DNA of 64,000 nucleotides, from assembly GCA_963724325.1 (NCBI GenBank), contig CAVRUH010000001.1, positions 288,001-352,000 of the forward strand. The letters run 5' to 3'. Position numbers and translations under genes: made by a program. The stretch comes from Waddliaceae bacterium (GTDB lineage Bacteria; Chlamydiota; Chlamydiia; Chlamydiales; Waddliaceae). The notes beneath the pieces were generated by a model that saw only the letters and a list, made by a program, of their open reading frames with translations, was not told the DNA's origin and ran no database searches. Positions within the stretch are counted from its first letter, which is position 1, and each line of letters starts with the position of its first letter. Positions 20,281 to 31,400 of this stretch are shown here, piece after piece.

Positions 20281-21387
20281 TCATCTTCTGCGATGTTGTT
20301 CTTGGATGGTTTCCATGAGGGAAAGATAGGAGTCGTAGCGGATGGGGGAGATGTTCCCTTTTTCGACTTCACCTCTAACCACACAGCCTGTTTCGTGGGT
20401 GTGTGTACAATCTGGATATTTACAGTCTTTTGAATGCTCCTGGATTTCGTTGAAATAATGGCGTACCTCGTCTGGAGCAAGGTCCCAGACCCCAAAACTC
20501 TTTATTCCTGGAGTGTCTATGCACCAACCACCAAATGACAATGGCACTAACTGAGCTGTAGATGTAGTGTGCGCCCCCTTTTTTGTCCTTTTTACTGTTT
20601 CTCCAACAAGAAAATCATGACCGCCAATAGCATTAATCAAAGAAGATTTACCTGTTCCAGATTGACCCGAAAATACAGATGCCTTTCCTTGCATAGCACC
20701 ACGAAGGGCATCCATCCCTTCTTGTGTCACAGTACTCACAGGATAAACCGGAATTTCAGCTTCTTTATATGCCGACAACAACTCTTGGAACAAATCTGCC
20801 TCATCAGGTGAATCTTTCAAAAGATCTATTTTATTAATCACTATAATAGGAGTCATATTCCCTTTGCGGGCAGCTATGATGTATCGATCAATCAAAGATG
20901 TTTTCAAGGGTGGAGAAACAACCGAAGCGGTTATTAAAACCTGGTCGATATTCGCCGCAATGAGCTGCTCCTTTCGTCGAGACAGATTATCAGCACGAGA
21001 CAGAATAGATTTCCTGGGCTCCACCTCGGAAATAATCCCTTCGTCCTCCGAGACTTTCTCGTAAAAAACAAAATCGCCTACAGTGACCAAATTTTTCGAG
21101 AGATTTCTCTCCTTTTTGAGGTTGCCTCTTAATGAACAAGTAATATTGCGTCCCTCGTGCTCAACAACCATTCCCCGCGAAGTTACTGAAAGTACTCTGC
21201 CACGGCAAAGATCTTTGGTTGAAATACGCTCTTTTTCTTTAATATCGGTTTTCTTGTATTTAGAACGATCCTTTGCAGAAAGACGCTTTCTTTCTTTTCT
21301 ACTCTGTTTTAGGGAATCGGAAAAGTACTCGTCCTCAATAGGACAGGCTACCCAGCGCTTCGGATTTTTTTCATCTTTATCGTTCAT
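20281..21387 (-). CDS. rsgA: Ribosome small subunit-dependent GTPase A
   Basis: AANIDQ, NKIDL, GQSGTGKSSLIN, HTT, DTPG and the Zn finger CKYPDCTHTHETGC. Confidence 0.95.
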   Translation of the reverse strand: MNDKDEKNPKRWVACPIEDEYFSDSLKQSRKERKRLSAKDRSKYKKTDIKEKERISTKDLCRGRVLSVTSRGMVVEHEGRNITCSLRGNLKKERNLSKNLVTVGDFVFYEKVSEDEGIISEVEPRKSILSRADNLSRRKEQLIAANIDQVLITASVVSPPLKTSLIDRYIIAARKGNMTPIIVINKIDLLKDSPDEADLFQELLSAYKEAEIPVYPVSTVTQEGMDALRGAMQGKASVFSGQSGTGKSSLINAIGGHDFLVGETVKRTKKGAHTTSTAQLVPLSFGGWCIDTPGIKSFGVWDLAPDEVRHYFNEIQEHSKDCKYPDCTHTHETGCVVRGEVEKGNISPIRYDSYLSLMETIQEQHRRR

Positions 21388-21409
21388 AGTTGAATTATAA
21401 CATTTTAAA

Positions 21410-22141
21410 TTATTGATTTACAAGACAATACATCAAAATTCCCCCAGCAACGGCAACATTTAAAGACTCCATTTCTCCCGACATTGGAATAGCTACCTTG
21501 GTACAGAATTTACGTGCCTCTTCGGATAGACCATGCGCCTCATTCCCCACGACCAATGCAATTTGTTTAGATTTTTCTGAACTTACATCCTTGCCTCCCA
21601 TATCAGCTGCTATGGGTTCGAGCTTGTTTTCCTTAATTAATTCGATTAATTCCTCCCAATTTCCCGTCCTAAGAGGCAATCGAAAAGTTGCCCCTTTTGC
21701 GGCCCTAAGCGCCTTATCATTATAAGGATCGCAGCTGTTATGAAGGATATAGGCTCCATCCCAACCTAAAGCCAACGCCGTGCGAAGCAGTGTCCCCATA
21801 TTTCCAGGATCGCTGACTCCATCAAGCACCAAAACATGCTTTTTATTTTTAAGAGTGGCTAAGGGAGGCAATTCTACTTCCGCAGCAATTCCTTCCGGAG
21901 CTTCTAATCCGGTAATTTTCTTCATGATTGACTCGGTCACTATGAAACATTCTTCAAATTTCAAACCTTTAGGGGGTTCTCCAACTACTAAAAGAGTCTT
22001 TATCGGGATTTCCTTAACAAGATTCTGTCCGACAATCAATGCCCGCTTTTGTGCATGTCTATAGCTGCTGCTTGTCCTGAGCTTATGGAGGTGTTTAACG
22101 AGAGGATGTTGCAGGCTGGTGATAGGCTTCATGGATTCCAA
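21410..22141 (-). CDS. TrmH/SpoU family RNA methyltransferase
   Basis: DPGNMGTLLRTA, GNEAHGLS and IPMSGEMESLNVAVA motifs. Confidence 0.92.
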   Translation of the reverse strand: MESMKPITSLQHPLVKHLHKLRTSSSYRHAQKRALIVGQNLVKEIPIKTLLVVGEPPKGLKFEECFIVTESIMKKITGLEAPEGIAAEVELPPLATLKNKKHVLVLDGVSDPGNMGTLLRTALALGWDGAYILHNSCDPYNDKALRAAKGATFRLPLRTGNWEELIELIKENKLEPIAADMGGKDVSSEKSKQIALVVGNEAHGLSEEARKFCTKVAIPMSGEMESLNVAVAGGILMYCLVNQ

Positions 22142-23328
22142 AATGTACTCTGTTTGAGTTTGGCAATAATTTTCTGGGGATCGTGCAGATCCTGAGTAAT
22201 AGCGATTCTTTCGCCCTCTTTAATTAGAGCTCCCATTTGTTTTCCTGGGAGAATGCCCTCTTCTTGCAGCAGCTTAGCGCTGACGAGAGGGGTCTTATGG
22301 ATGATTCTATCAATATGCTGCTCAAGCTTCTTTCTTTGGTTATGATGATGGTGGAGAAATGAGGAAGGTTCGTGGGCTGCAATCGCCTGCAGGATAAGTT
22401 GTGAGCGGGGGTCAGCATAGAAATAGACCCAATGAACAGGATCAGTTATTTTCTTGCCGCGGTCCATAAATTCAACCAATTCCATATCTTTGGCGCTCAC
22501 CTTCAAATAAAAACATATTTCGAGAAACCTTTCCAGGGGTGCATTTGGAAATAATTCCATAATATAGAGAATTGTTGGGCAATCCTGAGGAAATTTTGCA
22601 AAAAAGGCGGTGCATGCCTGTATTTCGTGCAATGGTTTGTGTTTTAGAGAAGTAAATATCTGTTGCAATAAACCAAAGCGATGAAGGTCGATAATGCAGC
22701 GGTCGAAGTGCTTTCCTTCTCCCATTTTCTTGAGCTCTTGCCAGATTCTTTCCATTGCAACGGCGGGGAAAAGAGTATGTGCATTTTTTTTGATTGCTTC
22801 TTCGGTCTCAGGGTCGATTTTGAAGTCAAAACGGGAGGCTATGCGCACAGCGCGAATCATCCGCAAGCGATCTTCCACAAATCTTTCATCGGGATTGCCG
22901 ATAGCTCTGACTAGGCGCCGAGCGAGATCGTCTTTGCCCCCAACAAGGTCGATCACTTCGTCTTTTAATGGATCGTAAAACATTCCGTTGATGGTGAAGT
23001 CGCGTCGTTGGGCATCTTCTAATGGAGTTGACATCTCAATTTTTGATGGTTTTCTTCCATCGAGGTATTCGATATCTTTTCGGAAGGTGGCTACTTCGAA
23101 AGGCATTCCTTCTTTCAAAACGATCATCACTCCAAAAGCTGCACCGACAGGAACAGTTTTCGGAAAAATTTTGGCGATTTCTTGAGGTGTAGCGCTCGTG
23201 GCAATATCGACATCTGCGGAGGGATGGCCAAGCAAGTAGTCCCTGACCCATCCCCCGGCAAAATAGGCCATATAACCGGCATCTACCAAAGTATTCACAA
23301 TTTCTGTCGCAAGTCTACGCGCTCTCAT
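22129..23328 (-). CDS. CCA-adding tRNA nucleotidyltransferase / poly(A) polymerase family
   Basis: AGGWVRD, DVDIAT, EVATFR, DAQRRDFTING and EDRLRMIRAVR motifs. The start is placed at MRARRL (23328). Confidence 0.92.
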   Translation of the reverse strand: MRARRLATEIVNTLVDAGYMAYFAGGWVRDYLLGHPSADVDIATSATPQEIAKIFPKTVPVGAAFGVMIVLKEGMPFEVATFRKDIEYLDGRKPSKIEMSTPLEDAQRRDFTINGMFYDPLKDEVIDLVGGKDDLARRLVRAIGNPDERFVEDRLRMIRAVRIASRFDFKIDPETEEAIKKNAHTLFPAVAMERIWQELKKMGEGKHFDRCIIDLHRFGLLQQIFTSLKHKPLHEIQACTAFFAKFPQDCPTILYIMELFPNAPLERFLEICFYLKVSAKDMELVEFMDRGKKITDPVHWVYFYADPRSQLILQAIAAHEPSSFLHHHHNQRKKLEQHIDRIIHKTPLVSAKLLQEEGILPGKQMGALIKEGERIAITQDLHDPQKIIAKLKQSTFWNP

Positions 23329-23572
23329 ACACCCATGATATATCAAAATGCCATAAATTGCGAAAAGTTATCGGTTATTTCTAAACCTGAGGAAAAAGTT
23401 CTTGCAAGCCTTGTTGCCATGGGTAACAGGTAACATGTTCGAATTTTTTCGTGAATCGATCCTGACTCAATGTACTCCGGATTTACGGTTTAATCAAGCA
23501 TTTTCATGTAATTTCCGGAATGAACTCCGGAAATACGGGGTATAAAATTAATCAGATATTCAAAAGTATATC

Positions 23573-23601
23573 TTGTGAACATTATGTACATTTGGTACAA
23601 T
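23573..23601 (+). promoter_or_regulatory. Sigma70-type promoter overlapped by TGTACA-like operator repeats of the TA operon
   Basis: TTGTGA-N17-TACAAT, with overlapping 9-nt-spaced TGAACA/TGTACA/GGTACA. Confidence 0.6.
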
Positions 23602-23630
23602 AGAGGCATACAGTACAAGGGGTTAGTTCT

Positions 23631-23897
23631 ATGGAAACCATTTCATGTAAAGAAGTCAGGGATCACATGGCTGAGGTCGTTAATCAAGTGGCCTATGGTC
23701 ATAAACGCTACACTTTAACACGCCGTGGCAATGAACTTGTCGTTCTTATCTCCTTTGAAGAATGGCAATCTATTGAAAAAGCTCTTCAAGAACGTGAAGA
23801 TGAGAGAGATATTCGGGATGCCGAAGCTGCAATGAAGCGCATAAAAAAAGATGGCGGAATTTCACTTGAACAAGTCAAAAATGACCTCGATTTATAG
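23631..23897 (+). CDS. Phd/YefM family antitoxin
   Basis: ISCKEVRDHMAEVVNQV and YTLTRRGNELVVLIS pattern. Lies upstream of relE. Confidence 0.88.
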   Translation: METISCKEVRDHMAEVVNQVAYGHKRYTLTRRGNELVVLISFEEWQSIEKALQEREDERDIRDAEAAMKRIKKDGGISLEQVKNDLDL

Positions 23898-24161
23898 ATG
23901 TACAAAATCATTTTTGATAAGGAAGCGAGCAAATCCCTAAAAAAATTGCCAAAACAGGAACAATCTCGAATATTAAGAAAAATTGAGGCTCTTTCTCAAA
24001 ATCCACGGCCAATTGGAGTAAGTTCTCTTCAGGGAAACTGGCATGGATTTTTCAGATTTAGAATTGGTAATTATCGAGTTATTTACAACATAGAAGACAA
24101 AATTCTCACAATATGTATTGTTAAGATTGCCCACCGTGGAAATGTTTATCAAGAAAGATAG
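23898..24161 (+). CDS. RelE/ParE family toxin
   Basis: MYKIIF, NPRP, FRFRIGNYRVIY and IAHRGNVY motifs. Confidence 0.9.
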   Translation: MYKIIFDKEASKSLKKLPKQEQSRILRKIEALSQNPRPIGVSSLQGNWHGFFRFRIGNYRVIYNIEDKILTICIVKIAHRGNVYQER

Positions 24162-24343
24162 TTCTAATTCAATACTTTGCCATCACTTTATTATGGATTT
24201 GTTCTTGTGGTAAATGTCGGTTAAGTTTTTTATGGTGATGTTAGTTGGTTTTTTAATTCGCTTATGTGTATCGATTTTTTAGTTATTGGACAGAGAACGT
24301 TTTCGGTTGAATTGAGTTTTTTAAAATAGTTAGATAGGGCATT

Positions 24344-25507
24344 TTACAAGTTTGTTAGAAATTTTATAAAGACATCAATACAATTTTCTTGAGGATTCAT
24401 TTTCAATTGAATGAACTCCATGCACTTTTTCCAGAACTTATATTCCTCATCACAAGGTTTGTAATAATTCATTTTCCTCTCTGTATGGATCAGCAGATCT
24501 TTTCCTATTTCGTTTTCAACTCCAAAATTTGTACGCTCTATTAGAATTTTAGCAAGTTCTAATCCATGACAAAAATCTAAGACAAAGATTGGTGTTTTAA
24601 AGTTAATCTCAGCTATATTTACATCGATGCGCTTGTCATTTAAAAGTATCATTGCAGCTTCACATTTCTGATGATGCATTGATGTTAATAATAGAGTCTT
24701 ACCACCACCATAATCTTGATTTACGTTAATACGATCATCACTTAGTAATATTTTTATAATTTCAGTATTGTTTCGTCGACATGCAGCCATAAGAGGACTG
24801 TCGTCTCTATAGATTTTATTGACATCTATATCTTTGCAGCTCAATAAAACTCTTACAACCTCTGGACATTCACAGAGAACCGCTTCAAGCAGTGGGACTC
24901 TACCTCCATTCACGTCGGTTCTAGGGTCATTAATTAACAACTGGGCAATAGCCGGTTCTCGGGCATAGCACAGGGCAGTAAAATTTATGCTATTCATACA
25001 ATTAACATCAGTTATTGACTCTTTTAACAACTCCACTACAATGTCAGGTCGTTTATTATGAACTGCCCAAATTAATGGTGTCTCTCTCAAATTTCCAGCT
25101 TTTGCGTTTACATTCGTAACACCATTCGCAAGTAATTCTTTAACCTCATTTATATCTACTTTATCGTTTGATATCAGGGTGTTTATTAATTGTCGTGTTG
25201 GGCCCTCCTTGTCAGCTTGTTCTATTACAAATAATATTTTTTTGCATTTTTCTAATATTCTATTTCTATCTTCGACTAGATCATATTTTGATAACATCTT
25301 ATTAACGGGAATGCAAAATACATTCACATCCTCATAATAATGGGGCGAAAGATTGGATATCCCTTTGCTTATTTCGTTTATTTTATCGAAAATCTCCCAT
25401 ATTTCTTTCATTTGAGAATTTGTTAATTGCCTTTGCTCAATAATGTCATAAATTTTTAGTATTGAGATGTTCGGTATGGTGGGGTTGTTTTGATATAATG
25501 GGTTCAT
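24344..25507 (-). CDS. Ankyrin repeat protein (putative effector)
   Basis: TPLIWAV, TALCYA, PLLEAV, SPLMAAC and several D(I/V)N ankyrin repeats. Confidence 0.85.
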   Translation of the reverse strand: MNPLYQNNPTIPNISILKIYDIIEQRQLTNSQMKEIWEIFDKINEISKGISNLSPHYYEDVNVFCIPVNKMLSKYDLVEDRNRILEKCKKILFVIEQADKEGPTRQLINTLISNDKVDINEVKELLANGVTNVNAKAGNLRETPLIWAVHNKRPDIVVELLKESITDVNCMNSINFTALCYAREPAIAQLLINDPRTDVNGGRVPLLEAVLCECPEVVRVLLSCKDIDVNKIYRDDSPLMAACRRNNTEIIKILLSDDRINVNQDYGGGKTLLLTSMHHQKCEAAMILLNDKRIDVNIAEINFKTPIFVLDFCHGLELAKILIERTNFGVENEIGKDLLIHTERKMNYYKPCDEEYKFWKKCMEFIQLKMNPQENCIDVFIKFLTNL

Positions 25508-25508
25508 A

Positions 25509-25724
25509 CTACAACTTCTTTTTTGTAAATGTAGTGTTGGCAGCCTTTTGGAGGGCGCCCCAGTGGCCGCGGTCGAGCCAGCCGTGGGAGCCGTTCCAGT
25601 ACATGTAGAACCAGAAGATTCCCCATAGAGGAAGAGTATAATAGACTAGCTTTAGCCAGCCTGGGATTTTTTTGTCGTAAGAGTTGATGTTTGCGTCGCC
25701 ATATTCTTCGATTTCATGATCCAT
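25509..25724 (-). CDS. Small membrane protein resembling the N-terminal segment of CcoP
   Basis: HEIEEY...DKKIPGWLKLVY resembles the CcoP N-terminal IxEYDNPLPxWW segment. No CxxCH. Confidence 0.6.
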   Translation of the reverse strand: MDHEIEEYGDANINSYDKKIPGWLKLVYYTLPLWGIFWFYMYWNGSHGWLDRGHWGALQKAANTTFTKKKL

Positions 25725-25882
25725 TAGTCATCTCCTTTCATCATTTGATCTTTAGCACCTTCATCCATATCCAGGCGCCCTTTTCTCCAGAGGTACAAGA
25801 AGACAAGGATGGTGCTTCCTGCGAGGGCTAATAATAAAGAATAATGAAATATCGCTCCATAGATTCCACTGCCATCTCTCAT
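25724..25882 (-). CDS. CcoS/CcoQ-like small membrane protein (52 aa, not in ORF track)
   Basis: MRDGSGIYGAIFHYSLLLALAGSTILVFLYLWRKGRLDMDEGAKDQMMKGDD. ATGA overlap with ccoO and TAATG overlap with the next gene. Confidence 0.7.
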   Translation of the reverse strand: MRDGSGIYGAIFHYSLLLALAGSTILVFLYLWRKGRLDMDEGAKDQMMKGDD

Positions 25883-27057
25883 TTTCGTTTGCCCTCAATG
25901 ATATCGAGTGTGTTTACTGGATCTTTTCCTAACCACCAGGCCTCTGTAGGAGGGGTGATGCGGGTCCCTTTTGTCATCAGGTATTGGAATAGTGCTTCAA
26001 ATTTATAATTTGGGATGTTTGTGGTGCGTTTTTCTGTGCCTCTAGGATCATAGTCGAAGAAATGTTGGAATGAGGGCATGATAGATCCCTTGCTGGCTGT
26101 TTTTGGGGACCAAAAGTGTGACTGATGCCAGTCGCGGCTTGGACGCTTGACGCCGACTCGAGAAAGGTCGGGGCCATTGCGTTTGGTTCCTGGGAAGGTA
26201 ATCTTTTGGTAGATGTATTCATTGGCGGAGGAAGGTGGAGCTGGGAATGAGTCTGAACCATTGAGAGTTACATCTTGAATGAGAGTTCTAGTTTGGTCGG
26301 TGTGGCAGTACCAGCATCCTTCGATAGCGTAGAGATGTTCTCCATACTGGATCATTTCTTTTCGCGAACGGAATCCTAGCGGATGTTGTTTGAGTTCATT
26401 TATGTTTGCGACTGACTTGCCATTGATTGGATCGTATTTCCAACCTTCTTGGCCTCCAAATTTAAAAAATGCGATCTTGAATTCAAAGGGATTATTGACA
26501 TAGATGACCCCCCGGTCTTTATGGAATTCCTGTTTAGTGGTTTCGTCAAGTATCACGAAATCTTTATCGATCCAATCCTCGATGATCCGATCGATCTGGG
26601 CAACGGCAAAAGCTTCATCACCTGAAGGAATAAAGAGTTCAAATACATCGTAGGAAGCATTTTGATTCTGTTCTGCGGGGCGGCGGAGCAAGATTAGTTG
26701 AGATGTGAGCTTTAGTTTTTGGTCTCCCAATTTTGTTATATATTTTTCGAGTTCGGGAGGCGCTATGAAACGAAGGGCTTCTGATTCTTGAAAGGCTAAT
26801 AGAGTGAAGTCTTTTTTGAGGTGGTAGACAGCTTGGAGAGCTGTACTATCGCTGCGCAGGGTGCTGAGGTAGATATTTGGATCAGCAACTTCGTACATTT
26901 GAACCTGATATTGACTTGTGGGTTGCGTCCAGGTAGGGTCGATATAGCTTGGTGCAATGAGGGTGACGCCGACGGCTCCGGAAAATAGGAGAATAATCCC
27001 TATAATCGTTAAAATTGCTGAAAGTTCAATTTTGTAGGCCCAGTGGTTTGAACTCAT
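25879..27057 (-). CDS. ccoO: cbb3-type oxidase subunit II (CcoO-like, with large insertion)
   Basis: N-terminal TM helix, EGCWYCHTDQTR, GTKRNGPDLSRVG and GSIMPSF motifs. Confidence 0.85.
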   Translation of the reverse strand: MSSNHWAYKIELSAILTIIGIILLFSGAVGVTLIAPSYIDPTWTQPTSQYQVQMYEVADPNIYLSTLRSDSTALQAVYHLKKDFTLLAFQESEALRFIAPPELEKYITKLGDQKLKLTSQLILLRRPAEQNQNASYDVFELFIPSGDEAFAVAQIDRIIEDWIDKDFVILDETTKQEFHKDRGVIYVNNPFEFKIAFFKFGGQEGWKYDPINGKSVANINELKQHPLGFRSRKEMIQYGEHLYAIEGCWYCHTDQTRTLIQDVTLNGSDSFPAPPSSANEYIYQKITFPGTKRNGPDLSRVGVKRPSRDWHQSHFWSPKTASKGSIMPSFQHFFDYDPRGTEKRTTNIPNYKFEALFQYLMTKGTRITPPTEAWWLGKDPVNTLDIIEGKRK

Positions 27058-28460
27058 GCGGACACCTCTTCAGGTTTCAACATAATTGTATTAAAGATGT
27101 TAATGGCAAAAATGATATTGGCGATAAGTATGATGCCTCCTCCAACGCCTCTTAGAATCCACCAAGGTCTCATATCGGCAACAGTTTGGAGGAATGGAAG
27201 AACGCTCAGAGCAGTATGATGTTGTGCATAGGTTGAACCATCGGCCCATGTGGACCATTGCATCCCTTGATAGAATCCGCCTACAGATAATGCAAAGAGA
27301 AATGGGATTGTACCAATGATATTAAGTCCAAAATGCCAATCGGCCATCCGCTCAGACCATAATGGTTTTCCCGTAATCACCGGAATGCATTGGTAGATTC
27401 CGGCAAAAGCAAAAAATGTAAAGGTAGCATAGAGGGAAATATGAGAGTGTCCGATAACCCAGTCTGTTTTGGAGGTGATTTCGTTAATGTTTCTGAGGGC
27501 CATCAGGGGGCCCTGAATGCATGTGATGAAGTAGAACATGGTTCCCATGATGATAAAACGAACGGGAGCGGATTGAGTGTATTTTTTCCATTCTGGAAGG
27601 ATCGTATAGAACAGATTATGGACCACGGTGAATACTGGGATGAAAAGCCAGATGGAAAAAATCACGGCGACCGTTTGGAGCCATTGGGAAATGGGTCCAT
27701 GCATCATGTGGTGGGCGCCAATCCAACCATAGACAAAGGCGATGGACCAGAATCCAATCATGGACATTTTATGACTATATATAGGGGTATTAGCAAGTTT
27801 TGGGAGGAAGTAGTATGCAGCTGCGAGACCCATAGGAGTAAATATTAGACCAACTAGGTTGTGCACGTAGAACCAACTCACATTAACTCGTGAAATCCCT
27901 TCTGGGACAAAATTTATTCCATAACTACCGACCAGATAGGTGAAAGTGGCCCAAATAAGAGTTCCCATAGCATACCAAAGGGAAACGTACATTTTTTGAT
28001 ATTTTCGAGTGAATATGGTCATAAAAATATTTATTCCCACTAGCACCCAAGCTATTACAAAGATCGGTTTTACTGGGATCCACCAGACCCAATTAGGCAG
28101 TTCGGCATATTCCCAACCGAAGTTGGTGCCCCATGGATAGGAATAGACTCCTGTGACAAGACTTAGCCACCAGAGAGCGATAGAGCAATAGGCCATTCTG
28201 GAGCTCCAGATGGACACACCGCATAGTCTGGGGACGAAGTAGTAAAAAAAGCCAACACCCACTGAATAAAGCCATAGAAGAGCTACAGAACCCACATGTA
28301 TCGGGCGAATTTTTCCGAAATGAATGTATTCTCCAGAGAAATAATCGGGAAATATGAATGTGTTGAAGGCAATGAAGGTGCCGATGGTCATTCCAAGCAG
28401 CATAAAGATGATGGCTGGATAGATCATGAGCTTTACTGGGAGATCATCATACTTTGTCAT
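27054..28460 (-). CDS. ccoN: cbb3-type (C-family) heme-copper oxidase subunit I
   Basis: FGKIRPIH, EYAE, WFYVHNLVG, PIYSH, FVYGWIGAHH and TDWVIGHSH. Six His ligands and the helix VII Tyr are present. Confidence 0.9.
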   Translation of the reverse strand: MTKYDDLPVKLMIYPAIIFMLLGMTIGTFIAFNTFIFPDYFSGEYIHFGKIRPIHVGSVALLWLYSVGVGFFYYFVPRLCGVSIWSSRMAYCSIALWWLSLVTGVYSYPWGTNFGWEYAELPNWVWWIPVKPIFVIAWVLVGINIFMTIFTRKYQKMYVSLWYAMGTLIWATFTYLVGSYGINFVPEGISRVNVSWFYVHNLVGLIFTPMGLAAAYYFLPKLANTPIYSHKMSMIGFWSIAFVYGWIGAHHMMHGPISQWLQTVAVIFSIWLFIPVFTVVHNLFYTILPEWKKYTQSAPVRFIIMGTMFYFITCIQGPLMALRNINEITSKTDWVIGHSHISLYATFTFFAFAGIYQCIPVITGKPLWSERMADWHFGLNIIGTIPFLFALSVGGFYQGMQWSTWADGSTYAQHHTALSVLPFLQTVADMRPWWILRGVGGGIILIANIIFAINIFNTIMLKPEEVSA

Positions 28461-31400
28461 GTGTCAATTCCTTAAAGATGGTGCGTTGTTTTTCTCTGAG
28501 CTGTTTTGCTTCGTTGAATCCCTTTTGGATTTCAAATTTTAGCTTATCTGGGAGATTTAGGGTAATTTGATCTGCTAAAGCTTCGATTTTTTCTTCCTTT
28601 TTAGGATCGTATGTTGCATCTAATTTGCCATCTTTCATGAAATAGGTGATGCTATCAGATGAAATAAGATCTAAAAGTATCCGTAAAGGATTTTCCACAA
28701 ATGATTTACCAATGAGCACGATTCCGATAACTTGGTAGATGTATCCTTCTTCTTTTACGGTTTTTTTGAGTTCTACAAGAAGTTTATCGTCTTCTTGTTG
28801 CGTTTTAAGCAGGGGGAGTAGATTGAGCTCCTCTTTATAGAGGTCGAGTTTTTCCTGTGTTGTTGAAGCAGTTTCTTGCCGCATTTTCAAGTCGGTAATT
28901 TGTTGCTGATACTTATTGAGAATTGCGTAACCAGCAACCCTGGCATCGTCGATAGTTTGATCGGCCCGATCAAACTTTTCATATAAAGCATTAAATAATT
29001 TATCTCGCTCATCTTGAGATTCACTTAATGAGCGGATGAAAATTACTAATTGAGCTCTTTGGAGCGACGTTGTTTGATCTCCCCAAGGAATCATAGCAGT
29101 TCCTGGAACGCCATATTTGATGGAACGAAGCAATCTCAAATCATCTTTGGAGTCAATCCAGTGAAGGTTTGTCAACATTCTGGGCTTTGCATCAAACATA
29201 GTACCTGCTCGGTATCCGGTGCCATCGGCTTCAATTCCATGACAAACGGAACAGTTGAGTTCGAAGAAACTTTGCCCAGCTTTAATATTTTCTTCAGTGA
29301 AATACTTTTTCTTAAAGTAGTATACATTTTTATCGGAACCTCCAAGGGTATTTGGAGCAATATCAAATGTTTCTTCTACTTCATCATCTAATGTTTTTGG
29401 AGCTTCTTCAGCGGCGTTTAGCATGCCAACTTTTGATTTGGCTTCTTTGAGTTCGAAAAATTCAGGGGGAGGCCCTGATTTTAGCTCGCCTTTTTCCAGT
29501 TTCATTTCCTTTAAGGCCTCTTGAGGGCTATATTGCCATTTTGGAACATCTTTTGAGCTCTTAATGACCTCGCCTCCAAGCAATGAAGAAAATAGCCAGT
29601 CGACAAGTTGTTTTATTTCCTTCTCTGAAATAACAGGAATACCATCGGCGGTGGCTTTATCGGTTGCAGCTTCCCCCCAAGGCGGCATAGGGGTTCCCTT
29701 TACACCATGAATGATCGAATTGATGACGTTTTCTTTTGTGAAATTTCGAAGGAAATCGGCATTTCTCAAGTTTTTGGGTATAGGATAGATCCATTGTGCT
29801 ACAGGACCGTCGCCATGAAGGTATTCGCCATGGCATTGAGAGCAGTAAGTTTGATAGGCAACTTCTGGACTGAAGCCCTTCTTTTCCCAAATTTCACGAA
29901 CTTCATCTCTATTTTTCTTGCCAAGAGTATCTAACATATAAGTCAGAGCATAAAATTTGCTGTCGTCAAAAGGAAATGCAGGCATAATAGAGCGTGCGAT
30001 ATGTCGGCTCGGTTTGCGAAAGTGTTCGATGAGCCATTCATCTGAACGATAGACTCCAGACCAATTTGGTCGAGGTCCAACAATGCGTCCAAGGCCATAT
30101 TCTTGGATAAATGTCATGAGAACACGACGGATTCTTTCTGTCCATGCCTTATCATTCTGTTTGGTTCGCGATGCATATCGAAATGGCGTGTAATATGATT
30201 CAATCAATTGCGGATATTGACTCTCAATTTCTTCAAGAATAGAATTTTCACGTACATTATCCACAATTCTTTGGTCAATTTCGGATGCATTGTCTTCAAT
30301 CACTTTTACAATTTCTGATCCCACAATTGTTTCCGGAAACAACTTTTTAAACCATTGCGTCTCATTATAACGGGTGTCAAAATTGTCGTTTTTCTTGACT
30401 GCGCTATAGCCTGCATTCGATTCAAAACCTTTCAGACGGTGACATGCAGCACACCCTTCAGTAGCAAATATGATCATTGAATGACGAAGATCGTGCAGCA
30501 TAGCTGGATTTATAGGCTTTTCAATTTCAACTTTTTCTCCTCCATCCCACTTCATGATTTTTTTGCGATAATCGGTTTCTGATCTCGATTTTCCTCTTCC
30601 ATTTTGTGCTAACATGAACGTCATTAAATCTTCGAGTTCAGGATGATCCAATCGATAATTAGGCATAGTGGAAGTACGGAGGTCCCCCTGAGGCCAAACC
30701 ATTTTTTCCTTGAGGTACCAGGGATACCTCGACCCTGCATTGGTAAGTTCTGGTCCCACACCTCCACGAGAAATTCCATCGACGCGGTGGCAGGCATAAC
30801 AGGCCTGTGCTACAAATAATTCCTCACCCCGATCGAAATGCTTGAGACCCAATTCTCCACTTTTTTGCAAGTGACATTGCACGCATTTTGCGTCGATAAG
30901 ACCGCCTACATAAATTGGGGTTGTTTGGAACAACAGACTGTGTCCGGGCTTGTGATTGAATACTTTGGCAAATAATGGATCATTTTTAGGATCAGATTCA
31001 GTAAATACAGGCATTGGCCCCAAGAATTCTTCTTCATATTGATCATCAAAAACAGGTCCGTGGGCATTCATTGTTGTCAAACCTCGACCATTTCCATTGT
31101 GACATGAGGTACACCCATATTCTTCCATAGGATGGTATTCAAAAGGACGTGTTTCTTTGCCTATAAGTGGATGCATGCGAAGCACTTTTGTCACATCGTA
31201 GGTATTTTCTCCAACCGTAACAGTCTTAAGTGCTTTAAGCTTTTCAGCTTCTTTAATTTTCCCTTCTTTCTCATAGGCGAGAATTTTTTCATCTACCATT
31301 TTCCAGACGTAGTCTTCACTCGTCGGAGAAAAATGTTTATATTCCAAGGCTAAGTGGCATGAAGTACATCGGTCTATTGTTGGATTTCCCTTATCTTCCT

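Noticed and set aside
27054..28460. Nitric oxide reductase NorB
   Set aside because: It has HNLVG rather than HLWVEG, keeps the helix VII Tyr, and is followed by a CcoO-type gene, all consistent with a C-family O2 reductase.
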